DNA of 64,000 nucleotides, from contig RHPI01003079.1 of assembly GCA_009103225.1 (NCBI GenBank), positions 28,377-92,376 of the forward strand, written 5' to 3'. Origin of the DNA: Chlorokybus atmophyticus. Its lineage: Eukaryota > Plantae > Mesostigma and Chlorokybus algae. The position numbers were made by a program, and so were the translations under genes. The notes under the pieces are model-generated. The model saw only the letters and a list, made by a program, of their open reading frames with translations, did no database searches and had not been told where the DNA came from. Shown in pieces: positions 12,880-26,459 of this stretch (the stretch's first letter is position 1; each line of letters begins with the position of its first letter).

Positions 12880-14608
12880 TTATGTGACAATTATGAGAAG
12901 GAAAGCTACGTACGGTGTGCACGTGCACACGTACACACCTTCCGCGGCGGGATCAACGATGTCGTCCGTTAGTGGAGTCAGTGCCCCAACGCTCATAAAA
13001 ATGTCCTCGTCACATTGGCTAGCCTCAGTAGGAAGATGATTATCCCCCTCGACGAACTCCTCAGCGGAGAGCATGTCAACACGCGGATTGGGCAAACGCT
13101 GCAACATCTCACCCATGTCGTGTATCACCGTGTGAATGATGCGCTCGGTGTCGAAAGGGGCCTCATACCATTCTGTGGGGGTGATGCCAGTCTTCCTCCA
13201 GCAGTTGGCAATGGTTGTGGCAGTCAGCTCGTCCCACGCCTCACGATTCCACATCATGGCTTCACGCGATCTGCACCTTCACTTTACTCAAGTCGAGGGT
13301 GGGGTCTGCATCATGTTGCTGGAGAAGATGCTGCACAAGCTTCCTTTCGTACCTGCACATAAAGACCATCGACGACGTGATGTACACCATAGAAACCTCT
13401 GACAAACAAGGGGGCTCGGGCCCCCCAACCTAAAAATTTCTGATATCTTGATAGAAATAAAGGCTTTGTTTGTTCATAACACGGAATGTATTGTGACTTA
13501 CCTAGCCTTATGCAGCGATGATGCCAGCATCCAAAGGTTGCACTCTGGATGTGGTGTTAGTCGGAAGAAACAGACACTTTATGTGGCTTAGGGACAGCGT
13601 TCGGAAGCCTTCTTCCATGCCCTGTTCTGCATACACGCAGGCATGCGTTGAGGAGTTGTCCATCATCAGCAAGATGTGGCGGTTTTGTGGCTTCATATCT
13701 AAATTGAAGGCACACAACCATCGGCTGAAGACCTGTTGCAAGCATCACAACGGTGAGTGACATGTACAATCCATGCATATGCAGCTGCAGATGAAGTTGC
13801 ATGTGCACATGCACTCACCCCGGAGTTCATCCAAGTCTTCTTGTTGTAGTCGTAGTCAACGCCAATGCGGATAAGCGTCGAAGTGCTGCCAAAGGACTTC
13901 GGACGCTTATAAATGGCGATGATGAGGGTTGGTCGCTTTTCAGAACCATCAGCGTTGACACACAAAACTGCCGTGATTCTGGCCTTTTCTCGCTTGCCCC
14001 CCTCTAGCTTCCTCCGATGCAACTACTCATGTACGACGCGGACGTGCTTCATTGAACACTCCGCTCTCATCCATGTTCCATACATCAATGATGCAATATG
14101 TTGCTAGGATCAAAGGCAATTCACTACGAGCAGCATCCACACCCTCCGCATCTGCATCAGCTGCTTTGCCATGCAGAGTTTTTGCAGCAATTGAATGACG
14201 CTTCTTGAAACGGTGCACCCAACCTTGCCAAGCATTGAAGCCTTCTATGCCTAATCGGTTGGCAAAATCTAATGCTTTCCCCATCAACAGTGCATCAGTG
14301 ATCAACGCATTGCATGCTCTGACCTGTGCAAACCACTCATACAATCCATCTTCTGAACTAGGATGAGCCCCAACCCGCAGCTTTTGTTTTTGGCCGCATG
14401 CTTGCCACCCACACAACGCATCGGCTATTTGCTGTCGCTGTTTATTAAGAAGTTTGGAGAGCGAACTCTGCTTGATAGTGAACGTCAACTCAATTCTAAT
14501 AAGAGCAATCAACTTCGCTTGCTTAAGACCTTTATTGGCGTTACACAACTTAAAGATGCGCTGCTTGTCTTTTAGAGGAAGGTTATCACACTTAATTTGT
14601 GCGGCCAT
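12880..14608 (-). pseudogene. pogo/Tigger (CENP-B-like HTH + DDE_1) transposase pseudogene with two introns
   Basis: HTH segment LYEWFAQVR...GWVHRFKKRH; DDE motifs VWNMDESGVF, RITAVLCVNADGSEKRP, ILLMMDNSSTH, TTSRVQPLDAGII, AWDELTATTIANCWRKTGI. Introns 13733-13818 (GTGAGT..CAG, joins WMNSG|VFSRW) and 13353-13501 (GTAAGT..CAG). Stops and frameshifts present; TIRs not identified. Confidence 0.9.
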
Positions 14609-17407
14609 GCTGACCTACACCAACAATCACACACTACATTAATGTATATGCATACACTGAATGTACTTGCATGCACTGCATGTGCGTTGAAAATCCTTAT
14701 CTGTTGAGCGCCAGCAGCGGCGCTGCAACAGCCGTGACCAGCTAGCCGCCCTACAAGTTGAGCGGCATGCCCATCAACTATACCCCACCCGCCGCCGCCC
14801 GCTGCCCCAACCTGCATCTCCTCACCGCCATCGCTACCGTCCGAAGTGGCGGCGGTGATGCTTTGCAACGCTAAGTTACATCAAGATACAGTGCATTATA
14901 TGCATCACGCCCATCATGCTGCGCCTTATGCATCACACCTGCACCCCTATAACAAGCATACCCTCACTCAAACTTACGACTTTCATTATAAAAAAATATG
15001 TTCGCTGCGGTTAGTCATATTCTCTTGAGACGCATAATTTGCATGTAGAACGTTTGATAATCTCATATTGAATGATACCAACGGGGTTATTCTCTTGAAA
15101 CGAGTTCTGTTGGCGGGGGTGGATTGTATGCACCTGGTCCAAATGGTTGCGGAAGTCCGGACCATGTGTGATCTGCGGCTGGATGCCGCGGCCGGAGGGG
15201 CATGTCGCCGGTCCAACTGTCCATGACAATACAAACCATGCTTGGTCCGACTGTAAATGGATTGAAACCCTAATCCGGCTGTCTATTCTTGTACAAATCA
15301 TGCACGGCGCGTTGCGTCGCAAAGGCGCACCGTGCATGGTTCGTACTATGGTTTGCACTGCTGACTTAGATGACTTGCAGCAGCACAGCAGTTTGTACAC
15401 GTCAGCAGAGTCCAAGTGTACGAGCTTGGCAGCCGACAGTGCCAATGGAGGCATTGCGGGACCGTTGCTGCTAATGGCGCTGGAGCGGCGGCGGCGGCGG
15501 CGGCGGCGGCGAGCGGTGGGTGGTGTTACTCTTATGTATTGCGCTACTTTGCCATCTCTTTGCTAGTACAAGCAGCAATTGTTCGTGTGTATGTGTGTGA
15601 CTGTTTGTACTATCAAAGCATAAGCACACGCAGCTGTGCTGCTGCAGCGGGAAAAGGTAACAACGGTAGTTGCTGCTACCGCTTTTACACTTGCTTGTTG
15701 TGATTATTGTTGACTTCAAGTGGGATTGATTACTTCTTTGTGAACTTGCTACCATTGTTTGCATTGTTGTCGTTTTCGAAGAGTGTGCTGTTTTTTGCTT
15801 GGTTGTTGTGCTTGTGACTGCTGCTGCAGCGCAACAGCAAGGACGATGATTGCCAACTGAAGCTGCAACAACAGTCGCAGCAGTTGCTACATCCTCAGCA
15901 GCTGTACCTACAGCCATCACAGCAGGTACAGCCGCACACTTTCAACAAGCCTCAACTGTCAATCGACTGCCCACACCTATCGTCAATTCCTAGACAGTCA
16001 CTTACACATGTCTGTAGGAAAGCACATCTGCATGCATGCACACATTCTTGTACGCGCGCTTGTGCAGTTGCTTAATGTTGTGTACTCATTCATGTCTTGC
16101 AATTTTGAACTAGGCAGCTACAAGCATTGTTAACAAAGCTACACTATCTGCGCAGGAGAGTTGTGAGATGCTTTTATTGAGTAGCTACCATCTGCTCCGT
16201 GCTTGTTGCCGGAGCTGGAGGACCATCAACAAGGAGGGTTGCCCGCTGCCTTAATGCACCACGCCGTCATTTGCATGCTGGCCACATGTGTGTGTCTATG
16301 CCTCATACGCGCTCGGCACACGCTCTCTCACACATGCGCATGCACGCGCACACATTAAACTCGCACACAGGCAGTCAGCTTTGCAAGCACCTAGCAAGCT
16401 ACTGTCCACTTGTCTGCCTGCATTTATGTGAGCATGCATAGTGCTTTGCTGGCACTAATGCGTGCGCCGACGCACACGCACGCGCACACGTGTTATGCAT
16501 ACCTCAGTGACTGCACCCCAGCCCAGGTTGGACCCTCGCAATGGAGGGGAAGGCATGGTGTTCGACGAGGCGACTGGCAAGCTGGAAGAATCCAATGCAC
16601 GCGAATGCGAGCATGCCATGGGCTTCTTTCTCAACAGCATCACGGAATCGCAACTGATTAACAGTGTCAGTTACTCGGTCGCGCCATAGACCAAAACAGC
16701 ATGGTCTGGCTACTGGAGCTCAGCTTTGGATAACAGGACTGCCATGTGTCTTTCGAAGATCTCGAACACTTGGCGGGTGGGTGGGCTGATTGCATTGCCG
16801 ACATCAAAGCAGCTCACAGCCCTCGAGGTTGCGCACATGGAGGAGCAAGCAGCATTAACAGTGGAAGACATCCCCGTGGTTGCCAACGCAACGTCATGGG
16901 ACCGCCCCATTTGCCATAAAGGACACACGAGAAACTGGAGGCGCTTCTCAACAATAGGAGGAGCCAATTCATCGTCACCGTAAAGGAATCAGATACATAT
17001 TCGGTGTATCACATGGATAATGAGTTGGTGGACATCGAGCCGGTGTTCCAATGGCAATACAAGCTCTTCAAGCTTAGAGAAGACCTGGTGAAGGAGAGAT
17101 GCAAGGCTCTGCTTGATGCAGGCCTTATTGAGGACTATACATTGGACTTTGCAGCCGCGACGGTCATGCCACTGATGAAGGATTTAGCAGGCAACTGAAC
17201 AGAACGGCGCATGTGCGGCGACTACCACCCCCTCAACAATAAGACCAAGCAAGACAGGTACTCAATGCCCGCAGCGGAGGGTATCTTTCATGATATAGGA
17301 GACTGCATAGTCTTCAGCATCTTCGACATGCGTCAAGGGTACAACCAAATCGCCATCAAGAACGAGGGCAAGCACAAGACCTCCTTCTAATGCAATCGAC
17401 AGCTGTA

Positions 17408-18323
17408 TGTCGTGCCTTCACTCCTCGTTGCTTGAACTCGCCGTACAACCTCCTTGCCATGCATGTCAGCATGCTAGTGTACACCACGAGACACTGTTGT
17501 GCTGTCTCAAATCACCACTCATCTCACGAGGGGGACACAGACACATGAAAGATGCGCGTCACCTAGCAAAAGGAAGGCAAGATGACCCCAACTTGACTTG
17601 CAATCAGCCGTTTGCTCATGAAGCTCAGTCCTCACCCATGCTAAGGCAGCTCATACGGTGCATCAAGGTCGCAACAATAATTCACACTCCTTCATGCAAG
17701 GCAACCAAGCAAGGCTCACGCGCGCACACACGCAAGCATGCACACACGCATACACTCAGTCAAAAACCTCTTCCCGAAGGCTTTGCTTGCACTCCAGTGA
17801 GCCAACTTGCATTCAACCAACTGTAACACAAGCTAGCTAAGGCTTATATACCACCGTTGAGTCCATGCCCAACCAACTCCTAACCAACTCTTCAACTTCC
17901 AATGACTTACAGGCTGCACCAGCTACATAACAGTCATTATGAGGCCAATAAGTGGTAGTAAATGGATAGCAATGGCTCCCCAAAGCTTATCCTCTTCAAG
18001 TACACTCCAAGACGCATCTTTTGAGTCCATCCCCACGCCAAACCACCACTCCGATTGTCATTTACATCTGTTAAAAGTCATGACTCCAAAAAAGCTGCGC
18101 GGGATACCATACTAACTCGATTACGCCGAGAACTCTGTATCTGGCTATGGATACGCCTCGAATACGCCTCCCACTCTTAAAGCACGACCCAAACTCGAGT
18201 CCCAAGTGAAAACCTAACATGAAGAGCCTCTATAATGGCTCAGGGCTCCAAAGTCATAGGGCGCATGTATGCTGCCAGCCCCGAGGGCACCATGCACATG
18301 ACACTACATGCTCGCGCATGACA
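17408..18323 (-). mobile_element. Solo LTR (A+B, 916 bp) of family B with 4-bp TSD TGTA
   Basis: Minus-strand ends TGTCATGCGC...GGCACGACA; TGTA on both sides (17404-17407, 18324-18327); removal restores RT sequence; 17546-18323 matches 46351-47129. Confidence 0.92.
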
Positions 18324-19419
18324 TGTACCAATAAAAGGTGATGCCGTTTGGGCTCAAGAACGCCCCCGCCAAGTTCCAGCGCGTCATGGACATAGCCTTG
18401 AAGGATTGAACTTCGCGCAGTGCCACATCTACGATGTCCTTGTCTGCCGCATCAAAGAACACAAAGAACACCTTCAGCACATTGAGGCGGTGCTGATGCG
18501 ATCGAGGGAGTGGGGATGATGGTGCACCACGACAAATGCACCTTCTTCACCCACAAGGTGCCGTACTTAGGGCACATGATTGTGCCGCACGGGGTGTATG
18601 TACAGCAGGCAAAGGTAGCAGCTATCTCCACCCCCGCAGACCTCACGCGTCTGCGCGCCTTTTGAGGCCTTGCCAACTACCATCTGCGGTTCGTGAAGAA
18701 CTTCATTAATATCGCGCCGGCCTTCAACGAGCTATTAAAGAAGGAGTTGGAGTTCGCATGGAAGAAGCCACAGCAGCAGGCCTTTAAAGAGCTGGAGAGC
18801 AGGCTCACCACTGCTCCCAACCTTCAACGCCCTGAGTACGCTTATGCTTTATTCCTTTATACCTATTAGACACACGGATTGACGTTCGGGGACCATACAT
18901 GGTCCTTCCACGGACCCCGCGGGCCACGATTGTCTGGTCCGCGAGGGACGGACCGTCTATGGTCCTTTTGGGGCCCCGATACCTGGCGCGCAAGCGCGGA
19001 CCACACATGGTCCGTGCCGCACCTTGTATGGTGCGGCACGGACCTGTACTCTACGCTGGTTCCTGGATGCGGACCAGGAGTGGGCCCGCGGCTCAGCGGC
19101 CCGGCAGCCGAGCACCGTACATGGTCCGTGCCGCACCATGTATGGGGCGGCATGGACCAGCAATGTTGCTGGTTGGCGGCCCTGCAGGGCGCGCTACACG
19201 TGTACCATGACTGGAGTATCGTTATTGCATGTACGAGTACATAGGTACATTGTGTATCATCATTTAATAAATGACAGGCCGCACCGACTGTCGCCGCTTA
19301 CCATAAAGTGGACGGTCGCAAATGGTCGGCGGCTGTCAATGTATATTGACAGCCGGCTGTCCATGTACAATTTAACTTGACAGCCGCCGACCAGTTGCGG
19401 CTGTCCACTTGTGGTCTAT

Positions 19420-19508
19420 ATATGTATATATGGATATGTGTATACATATAAATATATGTGAATATACACACATATATATATATATGTATATGCATATATA
19501 TACATATG

Positions 19509-19540
<32 letters not shown>
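19420..19540. repeat. (TA)n/(CA)n/(TG)n compound microsatellite
   Basis: Direct reading. Confidence 0.9.
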
Positions 19541-21213
19541 CATGTGTTTAGGCTTAAGGCATTTACAAGCAAAAATTGTCGTCGTGTTGCGGCCGCAATT
19601 TGCAGCCGTGCAATTAATTCATATCTATAATTTCATGTACATACATCGTCGTAAGTATTTTGATGCGCGTACACATGTGCATTTAGACCTTTCATATGCA
19701 AAATTGCATACGTCTGAAGTAATGTATAACAACATGAATATATATATATATAAAAAGTACTATAATTATCCATAATAAAGTTAGTGTAAATACTAATATC
19801 AAATTTACATCCATGCGTAGCGCGTGTTTATTACATTATATATAGTTTGTTGGTCATCACATTATCATAATGTTCACAACCGTTGATATCATACCATGAA
19901 TACATATGTTAATCCTGTTCGTATGTTGCATTATTAAGCGTAGTTTATAGTATGTTTCATTTAATGATTTACATGAAACGAAAGCAATGTCAGATGTTAT
20001 GACTTATAGCCTTACTTGTATAACCTCAGTAATGGCCTATAAAAGCCTCATGCGACCACAGAATCATCAACAGCCCGATAAGGTACACTGGCTGCATTGA
20101 CAGTCGCAATTTGGCTACTATTGCTAAGCATTGTCACAATGACAGCCCCTAACAAGTCTACAAATTGTACTGGCGTATTGACAACCGCCGAGTTCGCGGC
20201 TACCAGTATGTAGTTTACCACCGTCCATGTAATTGGTACAGCTATGAATGCTACAGTTGCATGGGCTCAGCCTATGGGCCTATAACAGTGACAATCTCCG
20301 ACTGTCCATCGGCAATTACTGCCGCCGGCCAACAGTCGCCAAGCGGCGCATGCAATACATTATACTACTTTGCACACGATGAGCGATTTACGTTCCTTTT
20401 GTCACAAACAACAATCCTACCTACAGTCCAACTTTGGCAAGAACACCCAAGCCCTACGATGCAACGCATTCATCGTTATAGTTGTGGTTTACACGATGAA
20501 CGACTGTAGATGCATCAAACATTCGGGACGTACCGACGGTGGTTGATAATGACGCGTATCACCGTCGATGTAACGACACGAACGTACGGTGATAAACACG
20601 CTGTTCGCATGACCCGGATCCTCGTTACATGTCATGAACGCATTCGGATTCATAATCGGCTCAGCTTGATCAACATTGCGAATGCACTGGCCAGCGCAAT
20701 CGAGACTAAGCGCATGTGTCTGGCGCAGTGGCGCAACAGGGTGGGGCGGGAAGGGCGAACTTTCGGCCGTCAGCGCCGCCGCCAGCGACGCCGCTGAGAT
20801 GACGGCCGCGACTAAACAGTAATTTGACACATGTGTGTGTCAACTAACCCTAGCGCTAACAACTAGTATTAATTAAATGGTTAACAGTTTGTTATTTCAA
20901 TTTAGCTGACCAATAGTCAGCCTCAACGAGTAATGACCATTATACTACTTTGCACACGATGAGCGATTTACATTCCTTTTGTCACAAACAACAATCCTAC
21001 CTATAGTCCAACTTTGGCAAGAACACATAAGCCCTACGATGCAACGCATTCGTCGTTATGGTTGTGGTTTACACGATGAACGACTGTAGATGCATCAAAC
21101 ATTCTACCGCACCCTCCCAAGCATATATTAGTAGGTAAGGGTTATAGGTGTAGAGCTTGGTATAGTTTCTTGCCAAAGTTATAGTCAAGGTCATTGTGTT
21201 TAGTAGTTGAGTA

Positions 21214-22473
21214 ATGGTTTCTCTGTGTCCGCAGATGAATTTTGCACAGCGGTTGCAGCAAACCGCTGATGTGCAACGCACCGCACGCGCAGCAATTCGT
21301 CCTCAACCAATAACCAGTTGTAATCTGCGTGAGCGAGCTGCGGCAGCGCTGATAGATGTGGAGCGCATCAGCCGTGAAGCTGTCTGCGATGAGACTCGCA
21401 ATCAACGTAATCGCGTGTGGCAAGAGTTTGTCAACTATCTTGAACATCCTGAGCTGAGTATTGCTGTTGCCAACGTCACCACGGCAGTTGTCACAAGCTA
21501 CCTTGCTGGGCACTGGACCGACACACACATTGGCAAAGCTCGCAGGCTTGACCGCCATGGCCATCGCATGATCGCTAGCGCGACACTGGACAATGTCATT
21601 TCCCATCTCACATGCTCCTTCAGATTGCTGGAACGCATCAGCCCTTGGGACAGCGACAGGTCTGTGGGCAACCCGCTTCTGTCCATAGACGTGCGCGAGT
21701 TTCGCCACGGGTATGCGAAGATTGCTGCTCGGCAAGGCGTGCAACCTATTGCTGCTGTACCACTGGCGATGGATGACATGCGCACGCTGATCTACCACTT
21801 CCAGCAACAGCTGTCTACCACACCTCAGCCATCTACTGTCACACATGACAAGGCTGTGCTCTGGCGCGACTACACATTATGCATATACCTGTGGTGCACA
21901 TGGCAACGGGGTGGTGAAGGTGCGCGTTTACAAATGCACGAGATACAAGCGGCTGATTCAAGCTCAGGGCTAGCGGCCACTTTAACACATCTGAAAAATT
22001 ACAGCACGGGAGGTGCACCTACTATACAAGTGCGCAGCAGTGGTCTCCCTGTGGAGTTCTCTGAAGTGCTCTACGCCTATCTGACCTATTGTCGCAACAG
22101 CTCCTTTGCCATCACTGCTGGTCCTTTATTCCGACCTGTTGCAAAGAATAGGTTGAAGTGGGAAGAACACTGCATGTCAGGCAATTGTGCTTATCATGCC
22201 TTCGTGCGTTGCTGCAAGGCATGTGGCATTTATAGGCCGCACCTGGGGTTGCATTCCTTTCGGCGTGGTGCTGCACAGAGTGCCTTTCATGCCGGTGTCA
22301 CCCTGGAAGAAATACAAGCTCAAGGCACATGGAGAAGTCCTGTTATCATGCATCGTTATCTACATGAGAGGTATGCTTACCCAGTGCACAAAAGCACAAA
22401 TGTATGGGTAGCGTCCAGGGTTGATGCTGTTTGCGGGTACTCGCGCACCCCTTTGAAACCACTCAGGTCTTGA
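21214..22473 (+). CDS. Tyrosine recombinase of the DIRS element (open, 419 aa; probable true start ATG 21235)
   Basis: Catalytic set WQRGGEG (R), LHSFRRG (HxxR), GTWRS (W), MHRY (Y); N-terminal TRNQRNRVWQEFVNYL binding-domain helix. Confidence 0.92.
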   Translation: MVSLCPQMNFAQRLQQTADVQRTARAAIRPQPITSCNLRERAAAALIDVERISREAVCDETRNQRNRVWQEFVNYLEHPELSIAVANVTTAVVTSYLAGHWTDTHIGKARRLDRHGHRMIASATLDNVISHLTCSFRLLERISPWDSDRSVGNPLLSIDVREFRHGYAKIAARQGVQPIAAVPLAMDDMRTLIYHFQQQLSTTPQPSTVTHDKAVLWRDYTLCIYLWCTWQRGGEGARLQMHEIQAADSSSGLAATLTHLKNYSTGGAPTIQVRSSGLPVEFSEVLYAYLTYCRNSSFAITAGPLFRPVAKNRLKWEEHCMSGNCAYHAFVRCCKACGIYRPHLGLHSFRRGAAQSAFHAGVTLEEIQAQGTWRSPVIMHRYLHERYAYPVHKSTNVWVASRVDAVCGYSRTPLKPLRS

Positions 22474-24754
22474 GCCCAACCTCTCAAAATAACTGAATTG
22501 CCAATTGTGAAATACTGGCCACCACACAGCAGAGTGCCATTCAGGCACCAACACCACAGCTGGTAGCTGATAGTACTGCAATAATGCTATGGCTTCATTC
22601 AGGAGAGCCAATGGCGGGTGACACCAAACAAAGCCGCCACCCAAGCGCTGAAGAACGTCACGCCAGTTTGTAGTTAGAGCATTTCCCAAACTTCCAGGCA
22701 TGTGTATGTAGCTGAAATAAGCGGGTGTTTTGCTGTTCCAATCGGCTGCAAAACAATCCAACGCCGGTTGTCCAACATGTTGCTGCACATGCGCAGTTGC
22801 ATCTGCTGTTAGACACCAGTCCCCTCTATCCACAAACTTGGACAATGCGTGCGCATCGCGCAGCGCATCGCGAGAGCGCCACACACATGTCAGCGCTATG
22901 TCACGCTCCCAGCACAAGGACCACAATTGATGTAAGACCTGCAGCACGTGAGGGTCTGATGCAGACAGCTTGTTCAACATTTGTATAGCTGGTTGACAAT
23001 CGCCAATAATGCGCACTGTACAGTGCTGGAGATGAAACGCGCGCGCAACCTCTGTAAATGCTTGCACATAGGCTAGTGCCTCCTTAACTGCTGAAGGCAG
23101 TGTCATATGATCAGGCTTGAAGTTGCCTGCCATGCGAGGCCAAGGTCCTGTCGCCCCCCAACCAATTGTACCGGATGCATCCACATGCAGCTCAAGCTGC
23201 ATAGGGGGCTTCCACCAAGCATTGCCATTGTAGGTCTGCAAGCCCGCAGCAGTCCAATCACAAAAGTGTCTGAAGGCGCTCAAATCACCGATGCTGTCAT
23301 CCCATGCATCTGTGGCCAATGCCAGACTCATCAGGTGGCGAGCATAAATGCTTGCAGGTGCAAATGCGAGCTTCAACGCAATGAGTTTGCCAGCAATGCG
23401 TGCCAAGTGACGCTTGGTCAGTACAGGCGCGTGCGCGATGTCCTTCATAAACTGCAATATCTTAGCCAGCTTGTTGGCGGGTATGACAAAAGAGCCAGTG
23501 ATCGTGTCCACCAGCAGACCCAACAACTGCACAACTTGCTCTGGCTACAATTGGCTTTTCTTCACAGAGACAAATATCCCAAGCAACTTCAAAAGACGCA
23601 GCACGCGGCGAATGCGCCAACACAAATGCCAACGATTGGAATGGCTGAAGTGCATGTCGTCAATATAAGCAAGGCAAGGAAAACCCATTGCCCGCAAAGG
23701 CGTGAACACAGTCGACATCAAGGTTGTAAACAGCCAGCAGGCTTGATTCAGGCCAAACGGCAGTACATTCCACCTGTAGGTGACCCCAGCAAAGCGCAGA
23801 GCCAAGTAAGGCTTACTGTCTTTGTAAATGGGCACATGATGATAGCCTGACTTGAGATCTGCGGTAACTTGCCAGAAATGACGCTTGGTGTATAACAGCA
23901 CATTGCGCAACCGCTCATAGCTGAAGGGAATGTGGCGCAAAACGAGGTTGATGTATCTCAGATCCATAATAAGCTTCAAACGCTTTTCTTGTTCCACCAC
24001 GCCTCTGCCAGTCACTACTGCCACATCACTGGCATCAACAACAAAAATTGCTCCTGTTTTCACCAAGTTGGCCAATCACTGACAACATAACTGCCATGTA
24101 TGGAAGCGGACTTGCGATTTCGAAACACAACTAGTGTTGGAGAATTGCGTGACAGCATGGCTGCAATATCAATATCTCCAAAGCCTTCGGCCTTTAACAG
24201 TGCTTGCACTTCGTCCCACTTGCGTGTATCAGATGCTTAAGTGCCTACCCATTGTAAGCAATACCCGTCACGCAACCAATCCAGCATAAAGCTCTTCTTG
24301 CCTTGCATAGTCAGTTGCAACCAGGTGGCCCAAGCGGTTATCCGCTGCTGCAAAGAAGCTGCCACAAAGTTGTCCGCATCCAAAGTGTCTGCGCGTAGTT
24401 GCTCTGCCCATTGCATTGCTGAGGTGGGACATTCTTCCAAACCATTTATCACCTGTGACAGCTCCGCATATACGGAGCGAATGTCGCTGCATTGTTGTTC
24501 AGCAGGTATGACTTCAACAGTGCGTTTCACTTGTGGAATGACGTCAATGTATGCCTCAGGTGGGGACAAAGGGTCTATTGCCAATGCTGGCATTGCAGGA
24601 TCCCGCTCATCTTGTATGCAATCATCCTCATCAATGTCGCTAATAGCAACAACTTCGTCATATGTGCTACATCTGCGCACATGCAACTTGGTTATACTGT
24701 GCAAGGGTGCACCTTTGGCATGAAGCTAGTTGCAATGTACTGGACATGTAATTC
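22360..24754 (-). pseudogene. DIRS pol: RT - RNase H - N6-adenine-methylase-like (MT) domain, disrupted
   Basis: MLDWLRDGYCL, IMDLRYIN, VLPFGLNQA, AYIDD; RNase H LHVDASG...EALA...IGDCQ; MT LDCFAADWNSK...NALTTNW...WCHPPL...VLVPEWHSAVWW (~22480-22835). Stops at 24726, 24237, 23545; 1-nt frameshift near 24077. Confidence 0.92.
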
Positions 24755-24964
24755 CTGTAGGTATTGTAACGACAGTCAAGAGCTGCACTCTGAGTCATGT
24801 ACACTATGATACATCATCATCGAGACACACAGACACGCGCATATGCGCACGTACATGCATACATGCGCACTTGCGCATTGCTATGATACACATGGCCACT
24901 TTTAGACATGCAGTGCTTATGCGCTACTCGCGCGTGATTAGTGGCACCACTCACTGCTGCAAGG

Positions 24965-26459
24965 CTAAGCGTGGCTGCTCTTGCAAGGCACATAGTAGGC
25001 AACATCCTGTGGAGCGGGCGCTGCCTGCTGGGCATAGTAGCCTCCTCCGCGACCATAACCTCCGCGACTGCCATGGCCGTAACCGCGACCTCGACCACGC
25101 TGTGGCCGGAACTGGGTGTTCCCCTCTTCTGTGACAGAGCGCCTGCATGCGCACAATTGCGTCAACGGCGTGCATTGCACAATTGACATGACACTGCAAG
25201 TGATGTGTGTATGTTATGCACTCAATGTGCATATTGACGTATAGGCGCGCATAGCACCATGTATATCTGACTTCAACCGGCGTGCATGCTGTATGCGCAC
25301 ATTGTGCAAGTTATTGAACAGGCGCGCATTGCACCATAGCAATTGAGCAGCTGCTGAGCAGACTGCATGCACACATTGTGCATGTTCATGAACAGGCGCG
25401 CATTGCACCATTATAGTTGAGCAGCTGCCGAGCAGACTGCATGCACACATTGTGCATGTTCATGAACAGGCGCGCATTGCACCATTATAGTTGAGCAGCT
25501 GCTGCGCAGATTGCATGCACACATTGTGCATTCTCATGAGCAAACTTCTCAGATGAACAGTAGACTTACTGAGGAATGGAGGTCTTGGCTTTCTGCATTG
25601 CTGCCTTGCCCTGGAAGCTGTTGGCGAGCTTTGTCAGGCGGCGGATGACCTTGGCTTCCTTGTGCTTGCGATCAATGCGGGCATCGTTAATGATACCCCG
25701 TGCCCCGGTCGCAAAGGCTGTGGCAAAGTCGACACTACCGTGCACGTGCGTGAGCAGCATCTGATACAGAAAAGACACCAACTGCGCAACTGGCGGACCT
25801 GTGAAGAGGGCGCGACCGATTGCCTCGAAGCAGCCCTTCACGCCTGTGGAGAGGTTGCGCGTGCGATACTCTTCCCACAAAGCATACGTCTCCGATTGTC
25901 TGGACATGCGCTTGATGAAGCCTGTGTGCTTGATGTACTTGGTATGTTTGTCCCCAGAGTCGGAGCTGTCCTCATCAGAACTGGATGACGATGAGGAAGT
26001 TGAAGACGAGGATGACGTGAGTGTCTTCGCCTTCTTCTTCTTTCTCTTCTTGTTCTTCTTCTTGTCTGTTTTCTTTTTGTTCACCTCCTCCTCCTCATCT
26101 GAAGAGGAGAAGGTCTCCCCTCTGCTGCGCCGAAGCCGTGGCACCTTGGGCAGCTCCACAGCGAGCACTGAAGGCTGTGCAGCGCCTTCCAGCGTCACGC
26201 CCTGAGCCAGCGTCACAGCGTCGTGCCTTTTGTCCGCGCGTGACGTTGGCGGCGGCTGTGTAGCTAGCGGCGCAGCAGGCTGCGTAGCCTGCGTAGCCTG
26301 CGTAGCCTTGCGCGCACGCCTTGGGCTGGCCTCGCTGGTCGGCCCCTCATCGGCCGCTTCTTCACCTCCAGCGGCCTGCTCAGGCTGCGCAGCTTGAGCG
26401 GCCTTTTTCTTCCGGCCGCCCTGCCCGCCAGCAGCCGCGGCCCGCCTCTTTGGCGGCAT
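24965..26459 (-). CDS. DIRS gag-like ORF, probably spliced (26459-25570 + 25142-24965, ~355 aa, RGG-rich tail)
   Basis: 297-aa ORF directly after repeat A1; its TAA overlaps a GTAAGT donor; acceptor TGCAG at 25143 gives a phase-matched exon RSVTEEGNTQFRPQRGRGRGYGHGSRGGYGRGGGYY. Confidence 0.65.
25295..25540. repeat. 74-bp tandem repeat, ~3.3 units, inside the DIRS element
   Basis: Unit starts at 25295, 25369, 25443, 25517 (exact 74-nt period). Confidence 0.95.

Noticed and set aside
15011-16441. Poly-Ala/Arg/Pro ORFs around the (GGC)n tract
   Set aside because: Low-complexity microsatellite translations without domain signatures.
25295-25540. CRISPR-like array
   Set aside because: Whole 74-bp units repeat with no unique spacers, no cas genes, eukaryotic context.
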